A stretch of 63,067 nt of DNA, counting the filler, from Octopus bimaculoides (taxonomy: Eukaryota): NCBI RefSeq assembly GCF_001194135.2. It is 6 parts of 6 records of this genome, joined end to end, with 100 filler letters (N's around TTAATTAATTAA, not from the genome) between each part and the next. Parts side by side here need not be neighbours in the genome. Positions count along the whole stretch, not along the records: positions 61,959 to 63,067 come from NW_026401055.1; 5 more parts are not named here. One strand, written 5' to 3'. Both the position numbers and the translations under genes were made by a program. Position 1 is the first letter of the stretch, and the number at the start of each line of letters is the position of its first letter. Positions 61,959 through 63,067 of the stretch are shown piece by piece. Below the pieces are notes generated by a model. It ran no database searches. It saw only the letters and a list, made by a program, of their open reading frames with translations, and was not told where the DNA came from.

Positions 61959-63067
61959 TATATATATATATATAAATGTGTGTGTATGTATATATGTGTA
62001 TATATATGTGTGTATATATGTACAGAAATACACATACATGCACTGAATACGTCCTTGGACTGTGTCGAAATTTCTTTACTGCATTTAAGGGATTGCATTT
62101 ATAATATATATACATATATACACATGTATACATAAATGTATATGTATGTATATGTGTGTATATGTGTGTATATGTATTTGTATATATGTACGTATTTATG
62201 TATGTATGATGAGAAACAGCGAAAGGAAGAGATATCTAATTGGGTAGATAGATAGAAAGAAAAGAATTTATAAATTGCCAAATAAAACGAGAAATGAATG
62301 GAAGAAATAAAAATTAAGTATAATTGAAAAATTGAGAACTAAATTAATAATAAAGACTGAAAGAATAAAACCAAAAAATTCAATAAATGAAATAACAGAA
62401 ACCTCCAGTAATATACGTAAATTGGTAAAAAAGATTTAGAAACGAATGAAAATTTTTAAAAAGAAAATTAAGGAAGAGAACCATCGCAATAAAGAAATTA
62501 AAAGAAGAACAACAGCAATACGGACAGCAACAAGAACAACAATATGAATTGCAAAAGCAAGTAAAAGACCAGAAATAAACAACAACAGAAAACAGTTATA
62601 CTAATACCTTCATCTCTGCAATCTTTGGACAAAGGAACAAAAATACTGTACGCTGTTACCCCTGCACCTATCCCCTTACTGAAACAGCCTTGTGTTCCCT
62701 CTCTCTCTCTCTGTCGTGGGGTCCCGCTATATAGGGACAAGTACAGTTAAGAAATCTTCAATCTAATAAGAGACTATAGTAACGGAATTATGCAAACTAG
62801 GTGGCGCTACTGATTCACTTGCAATTAAGCTCCTGTATTTACAAGTTATTCATTCAAGACTCCCAAATTGATGCCGTTGGCGTGTCTTCAACGTATTCGG
62901 GTTACACTTTTGTTCTCGCAACAATTGATGTTGTTGTTGTTGTTGTTGTTGTTGTTGACGTCACCGCTGTTGCAGTGAATTGTTTTTTTGTTTGCTTGCA
63001 TGTTTGGGTACGTGTGTGTATACATATGCATACGACTTTAAACAAATATATATAGATATGTATATAT

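Overview
AT-rich, repeat-saturated animal genomic DNA. It is probably octopus/cephalopod, inferred from the SINE and microsatellite landscape and not verified. The window joins six scaffold pieces through 100-bp spacers (44 N + TTAATTAATTAA + 44 N) and has many ordinary N gaps. Almost all ORFs in the track are artefacts of (GAT)n, (CAT)n, (AAT)n, (AT)n or (GT)n runs or of N gaps. The only clearly recognisable host coding sequence is two splice-compatible exons of a von Willebrand A domain gene (33640-33788 and 34448-34650); the second exon is frameshifted. The rest is mobile DNA: several SINE families; RTE, R4/Dong-like and Tx1-like LINE fragments; mariner, maT and piggyBac-like fragments and MITEs; Helitron-like ends; and a Gypsy-type LTR plus gag whose LTR carries four tandem ETS motifs. 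The most interesting signal is a short dispersed element carrying a Penelope-type minimal hammerhead ribozyme motif (6902-6947 and 59194-59239). One copy abuts a tRNA-like Pol III head and the other forms an inverted arrangement that starts at the predicted cleavage site. This suggests a candidate Penelope-mobilised, ribozyme-bearing SINE/retrozyme. No rRNA, true tRNA gene or CRISPR array was seen.
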